From assembly GCF_001194135.2 (NCBI RefSeq), contig NC_068995.1, positions 36,285,157 to 36,338,452 on the forward strand: a stretch of 53,296 nucleotides of DNA, in the 5' to 3' direction. This stretch comes from Octopus bimaculoides (Eukaryota). Below, piece after piece: positions 48,423 through 53,296 of this stretch. Position numbers and translations under genes: made by a program. The number at the start of each line of letters is the position of its first letter. Positions within the stretch are counted from its first letter, which is position 1. The notes below the pieces were generated by a model that saw nothing but the letters and a program-made list of their open reading frames with translations, searched no databases and was not told the origin of the DNA.

Positions 48423-49612
48423 CATGTGTGTGCGTGTGGGTTGGTGGGATTTTGGGTGGGGGTGTATGTGTGCGTGTGCATGCCTGGGTCTGCATGACTC
48501 CGTATGTGTGTGTATATATTTTTATACATATATAAATATACCCATGTATATGTGTACTATGTAGTATTCCATCCATATATTTCATTTTATTTTTTCATTT
48601 CAGCCAAACATGTTTAACTCATATAGTTTAGAATCCTCCTGACCACTCTTTGAGTATGTTAAACCCTAATTACTTTCTGTTTCAGTTTTTAGGCTTTTAC
48701 TGTCCCTTTTAGAGCTTCTCCTCCTCTTCTACCTCTTCATCTTTTTCTGTTCCTATTTTGTGTACCTTTCCCCTGCCAAAACACACCAGGGTCACAAATT
48801 AGGTCTCCCCATAACATATATCATAAATATGCTCATTATCTGATTCTGGACAAATGTCTAGTTCACAGTATCCCAACCTTTTCTGCCTTGAGGTAACTTT
48901 GCCAAGCCTTTCGGAAATCCACAGCACTCCTGATACAACATCAATATAACAAAACTTTGTCTCTGGATAATAACATCTGTGTACGAAAACTATATCCCTG
49001 GAATTGATAATAACAAATTTTCTTTATTTCACCGATGTTGATATAATAAACATAAAATAGATGACAATACAAAATATGACAATAATATTTATTGTTAAAA
49101 TAGTATCAAAATGTATTTTTGACTCAAAGTGATCAATCATGATGTCACATACATATGTATATTTCGTGGATTCCCTCTGTTGATCTCACAGTACCAACTG
49201 GTGTGCCTGGTGTGACACAGCACACCAGTTGGGAATCTGTGATCTAGTGATCCATTTTACAGATTTTTTTTGCACTTTCAGTTGTTGCTGGCTAATGCTG
49301 TTTGGTGGCCAAATACTTTTTTTTCCCCGTCAGATGAATTTCAATAACAATGGTTCTGCTTGTATTGACAGACCCACCACCAGCATATGATGAAATAAAC
49401 TGTTTTGCTTTATGCAGCCCTGCCCATTGTATCCGTGTTGGTTAGTCCCCCTCGCTCTTCTTCTTCTCTTTCACTTGAGTTTTCTGCTTGTTTTCCTCCC
49501 CTTTCTTTTCCCTTCCTCCTTCCTATTCTTGTGTGTATCCATCCTCTTGACCCACCCCCTGAATATCTACCCCAATTACTCATAGAAATACTCCAGCTTC
49601 ACATCTCACCTG

Positions 49613-49653
<41 letters not shown>

Positions 49654-49694
49654 TAATAAATGGAGTAATACGCATATGTTAAATGAATTTTTTT

Positions 49695-49784
49695 ATTTCC
49701 GACATATGTTTCGAAGATTACAAATGGTTCCTTCCAAAGGAATGAGTGATGTTGATAAAGATGTAATCTTCTCTTCAGGGAAAT
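49695..49784 (-). ncRNA. Intact type I hammerhead ribozyme
   Basis: ATTTCC-CTGAAGA-GAAGATTACA-(39 nt)-TGTAATCTTC-GAAA-C-ATAT-G-TC-GGAAAT: perfect 6-bp stem I, 10-bp stem II, complete catalytic core; predicted GUC cleavage between 49701 and 49700. Confidence 0.88.
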
Positions 49785-50401
49785 GGCCAACTTAACCATA
49801 AGACATTTTAACCGAATGTGATAACTGTGGGTAGAGAAGATTGCTACCTATCTTATTTGAAAAAAACCGTTGGAAGTTGCAACGCTACGAGACAGTACAT
49901 TGAACAAGGAGGGAAGAAAAGAAGANNNNNNNNNNNNNNNNNNNNNNNNNNNNNNNNNNNNNNNNNNNNNNNNNNNNNNNNNNNNNNNNNNNNNNNNNNN
50001 NNNNNNNNNNNNNNNNNNNNNNNNNNNNNNNNNNNNNNNNNNNNNNNNNNNNNNNNNNNNNNNNNNNNNNNNNNNNNNNNNNNNNNNNNNNNNNNNNNNN
50101 NNNNNNNNNNNNNNNNNNNNNNNNNNNNNNNNNNNNNNNNNNNNNNNNNNNNNNNNNNNNNNNNNNNNNNNNNNNNNNNNNNNNNNNNNNNNNNNNNNNN
50201 NNNNNNNNNNNNNNNNNNNNNNNNNNNNNNNNNNNNNNNNNNNNNNNNNNNNNNNNNNNNNNNNNNNNNNNNNNNNNNNNNNNNNNNNNATATATATATA
50301 TATAAACAGGCAGTAATCTAGTAGGTCTGCATTAGTAAGACTTGAAAAAATATAGAAAAAAGTGAAAGGGGCACAGTGAACTTGCCATGAGGAGTGGAAT
50401 A

Positions 50402-50433
50402 TCCAACGTTTCGGATTCAATCCTTCGTCAGGG
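50402..50433 (-). ncRNA. Minimal hammerhead-like motif (stem III reduced to a palindrome)
   Basis: CC-CTGACGA-A-GGAT-TGA-ATCC-GAAA-CGTT-GG; stem I is only 2 bp. Confidence 0.45.
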
Positions 50434-51379
50434 GGCAGAGAAAAAAAGAGAAAAGTCAAACAGAGTTTACATCCTCTCAGTTTAAAAAGCTTGCAAAACA
50501 TACATACATTACATACACACAAAGATACATACATAGATAGATACATATATACATGAATGTGTGTGCATGTGCGTGTGTAAACACTATTAAGTTTACTACA
50601 TATGTCTTGCTAATGCAGACTAACACCAGTCTCTTTAGAGTCTGTCTGATCATATATATGTGTGTGTGTGTGTGTTTGTGAAACATGTCATCTTTATTTA
50701 CCTTTCCGGCGATCTGCTACCTTTCCCATTTCTTACAGTCTTTATTTGCGTTTTTCGCATTTTTATAGCTAAACCATGAGTTGTGTGGTGACTGTCAACT
50801 TACTAGAAATTCCTATCGATTTTGATATCGGACAAAGTATATAACATACACCAGATACTAAACCTTCTTTAATAACTGACAATAACGTTATCCGTGTTTT
50901 GTTATCTCTACAAGCTATGTATATGACTGATGCTTACTGTTCCTTAATGAGATCTTTTCACATCATACTTCCCTATAGCTATGCATGTATATGTGTGTAT
51001 GTCATTATCGTTATCATTCAACGTCTGCCTTCCACACTGAGTAGTTTGAGTGATAGAGGTGATCTACCTCCTGCTGTTGTCAAGTGACATGACAGAGGTA
51101 GTGGTATGAGTGAGAAATGTCAGTACAAATATATATATATACACTTAGGTGAGCACATAAATGCAAAACAAAATGGGAAAAGTAGTACTCGAATCCCGTT
51201 CGGCCGACGGTTGTGATGTATTCATCACAACTGTCCGATGAACAGGAACATAAAACTCTGAATAACAGTTCTGTGATAAATTTTGCAGCGTTAATAAAAA
51301 GCGTGTGTATGTATGTATGTATGTATGTATATATATATANNNNNNNNNNNNNNNNNNNNNNNNNNNCAGTATATGTATA

Positions 51380-51500
51380 TCTATATATATAAAGATGAGA
51401 ATGTGTGTCAGTCTGTCTGTGTGAATCCCTAAAACTCGAGAACTACACAACCGATATGGGCCAAAAAAATTTTCAACCTCTTGCCTAATGCGAGCCCAGA
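51380..51500 (+). mobile_element. Helitron-like non-autonomous element 5' end
   Basis: A|TCTATATATATAAAG start followed by a GTCT microsatellite and aaaactcgagaactac..caaccgat. Confidence 0.45.
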
Positions 51501-51619
51501 GCAATCTCTTATCTCTCCCACTATTTCAGTGTTACGTGTCAAAAGTGAAGCAATAACATTTCTTTATTGTAATGTCAGATACTTTCACTTTAATAGTTTC
51601 ACTATTAATACTGAAACTA

Positions 51620-51671
<52 letters not shown>

Positions 51672-51675
51672 TATA

Positions 51676-51839
51676 TAGGTGCAGATGTGGCTGTGTGGTA
51701 AGAAACTTGGTTCCAAAACACAAGGTCCTGGGTTCAGTCCTACTGTGTGGTAACTTGGCATGTGTCTTTTGCTATCTCAGACCAACCAAAGACCTTGTGA
51801 GTGGATTTCATAGACAGAAACTGAAAGAAATCAATCGTA

Positions 51840-51876
<37 letters not shown>

Positions 51877-52085
51877 GTGTGTGTGTGTTAGTGTATGTGC
51901 ATGTCTTTGTCTCTGTGTTTCTCCCTCATCACTACTTGACAACTGCTGTTGGTTATTTAAATCCCCATAACTTACTGGTTTGACAAAAAGAGACTGATAG
52001 AATAAGTACCAGGTTTGTCAAAATATAAAATAAAAGCACTGGGGTTGATTCATTCGACAAAAAATTCTTTGAGGCAGTGTCTCAT
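51676..52085 (+). mobile_element. Type A SINE, old copy
   Basis: Head ggtgcagatgtggctgtgtggtaag through the gaggcagtg tail. Confidence 0.8.
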
Positions 52086-52183
52086 ATTTTTGTTTGCCCA
52101 CTCAACTGTATCAATCTATCTTTTTGTGTATATATATATATAATACACACACACATACATATATGTATATGTGCATATTCATA

Positions 52184-52850
52184 TCTATTATATAAAAGTC
52201 AATGTCTTTATGCGTGTTACTTATACATTCAAAAACTACTGCATCGATCCTAATGAAATTTGGAACACAAAATCCAAGCCTAGGGAGAAGGGTAATGCTG
52301 TATGTTTCATACAATTTCATGGATCCTTGTGATATTTGGAACTTAGATTCATTGCAGTATGTTTGATTTGAATTTGAGGTGGCAGAACCTCCCATGAAAA
52401 TTCATAAATTTTTGATGTTGATGAAATTTCAACCATAGGTAATTGACACACATCAAGAAGTAATCTCAAAGTTTCCGCTTCTCTTGAGAGGTCCAAGACC
52501 CCCTAATGGGAGCCTTAACTCCCAAATTTTAGTCATTTTTTATGATCCAAAACTACCTCAAAAGTATTGAATGGATCTTTATGAAATTTGGAAATTATAT
52601 TCTATGCATAAAGACAGATGTAATGCAGTATATCTTTGAAAGTGAGGAGGCATAAATGAGTCCATAACCCCCATGAAAATTCATATATTTTTGCTGTTGA
52701 TGAAATTTTAACCATAGATATTACACACAAATGAAGTAATATTTCTAAAAATTCAACTTCTTAGGAGTTAATGGTGGCTTAATAGGGGCTTAACACTCAC
52801 AATTTAGTCAGTTTTGCTAAGCCAAGACGAATATAATTGTACTCTTGGAA
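52184..52850 (+). mobile_element. Helitron-like element with an internal repeat of about 280 bp
   Basis: A|TCTATTATATAAAAG start; cccatgaaaattcata..gttgatgaaattt.aaccatag at 52391 and 52670; 3' end not identified. Confidence 0.5.
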
Positions 52851-53246
52851 GTTGTAAGGTCATCCGAGCATAAAAGATGAGCGCTATTTGTAATTCAATG
52901 GTGTAAGACTTTGCTTTGAGATATACTTAGATTGTGATTTTTGCAATGTGGTGCATAAATTGTCAAGTAAAGGAGAGGCATCTTTGCCTCCACTGATTCA
53001 GTTGCAAAGTGTTATTTTGAGTAAAGTTATTTGGTTGCAGACCTCCTTTGAGTCTTTTTATTATGACTGGGGCAGAGATAATCCCCAGATGGTAACATTG
53101 ATTTCAAGGCCTTCCCAGATAAGTGACTGGTTATACAAAGACATTTATAGATTAAAATCAAGCAAATTCATGGTTGAATAGAAATAATCAAATTAATTTA
53201 ATTTAATTAAATTAATTATATATCACTGTTCTCCTCAGTGCAAGAA

Positions 53247-53296
53247 GTCATCATCATCATCATCATCGTTGAACGTCCGCTTTCCATGCTAGCATG
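53247..53296 (-). mobile_element. (ATG)n-tailed RTE 3'-end copy cut by the window edge
   Basis: (CAT)n-gttgaacgtccgctttccatgctagcatg. Confidence 0.85.

Larger units (their letters stand above)
49650..50470 (-). mobile_element. Penelope-like pLTR segments beside (TA)n tracts, split by a gap
   Basis: Hosts the intact hammerhead and a minimal one; CpGs retained; no ORF visible. Confidence 0.5.
2534..51366. other. Assembly gaps (span covers ten separate N-runs)
   Basis: N-runs at 2534-3182, 9605-10404, 14572-15217, 17502-18393, 21058-21277, 25534-26032, 27478-27536, 47961-48251, 49926-50289 and 51340-51366, mostly abutting (TA)n tracts or repeats. Confidence 0.99.

Noticed and set aside
50654-50692. 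CTGATCA...GAAACATGTC hammerhead-like pattern
   Set aside because: Core mismatch, stem II is only microsatellite and stem I does not pair.
50802-50873. Possible 72-nt symmetric minus-strand exon (IKEGLVSGVCYILCP...) with a GTAAGT donor
   Set aside because: Weak polypyrimidine tract, no recognisable domain and no partner exons.
51206-51290. Type III hammerhead or HDV-like reading of the 51.2-kb hairpin
   Set aside because: CCGATGA and GATA replace the core, there is no NUH site, and there is too little sequence for HDV P3/L3.
1-53296. CRISPR arrays, rRNA genes, prokaryotic operons
   Set aside because: No repeat-spacer periodicity or rRNA-like sequence was seen; the window is eukaryotic repeat-rich DNA.

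Overview
AT-rich, microsatellite-rich animal genomic DNA from a gapped draft assembly (10 N-runs). The SINE, RTE and mariner repertoire most resembles octopus (inferred from memory of these repeats, not from a search). Most of the window is nested, decayed mobile-element debris: three tRNA-headed SINE types, RTE and R4/Dong LINE pieces, Penelope-like remnants, mariner (DD34D) and maT (DD37D) transposons, a Chapaev-like element, hAT and Merlin-type MITEs with target-site duplications (TSDs), three solo LTRs and Helitron-like pieces. Host coding signal is limited to a minus-strand gene at the left edge (confident exon 1413-1151; frame-compatible candidate exon 776-548, giving a 163-aa Bcl-2-like/BH3-like tail-anchored protein) and a possible micro first exon at 33879-33838. 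The best observations are an intact type I hammerhead ribozyme (49695-49784), decayed hammerhead relatives and a fold-back palindrome centred on one, a tRNA-like tandem array flanked by a 12-bp TSD, a MITE carrying inverted telomere-type repeats, and two LTRs sharing a covarying terminal hairpin. All calls are by eye; no database search or folding program was run.
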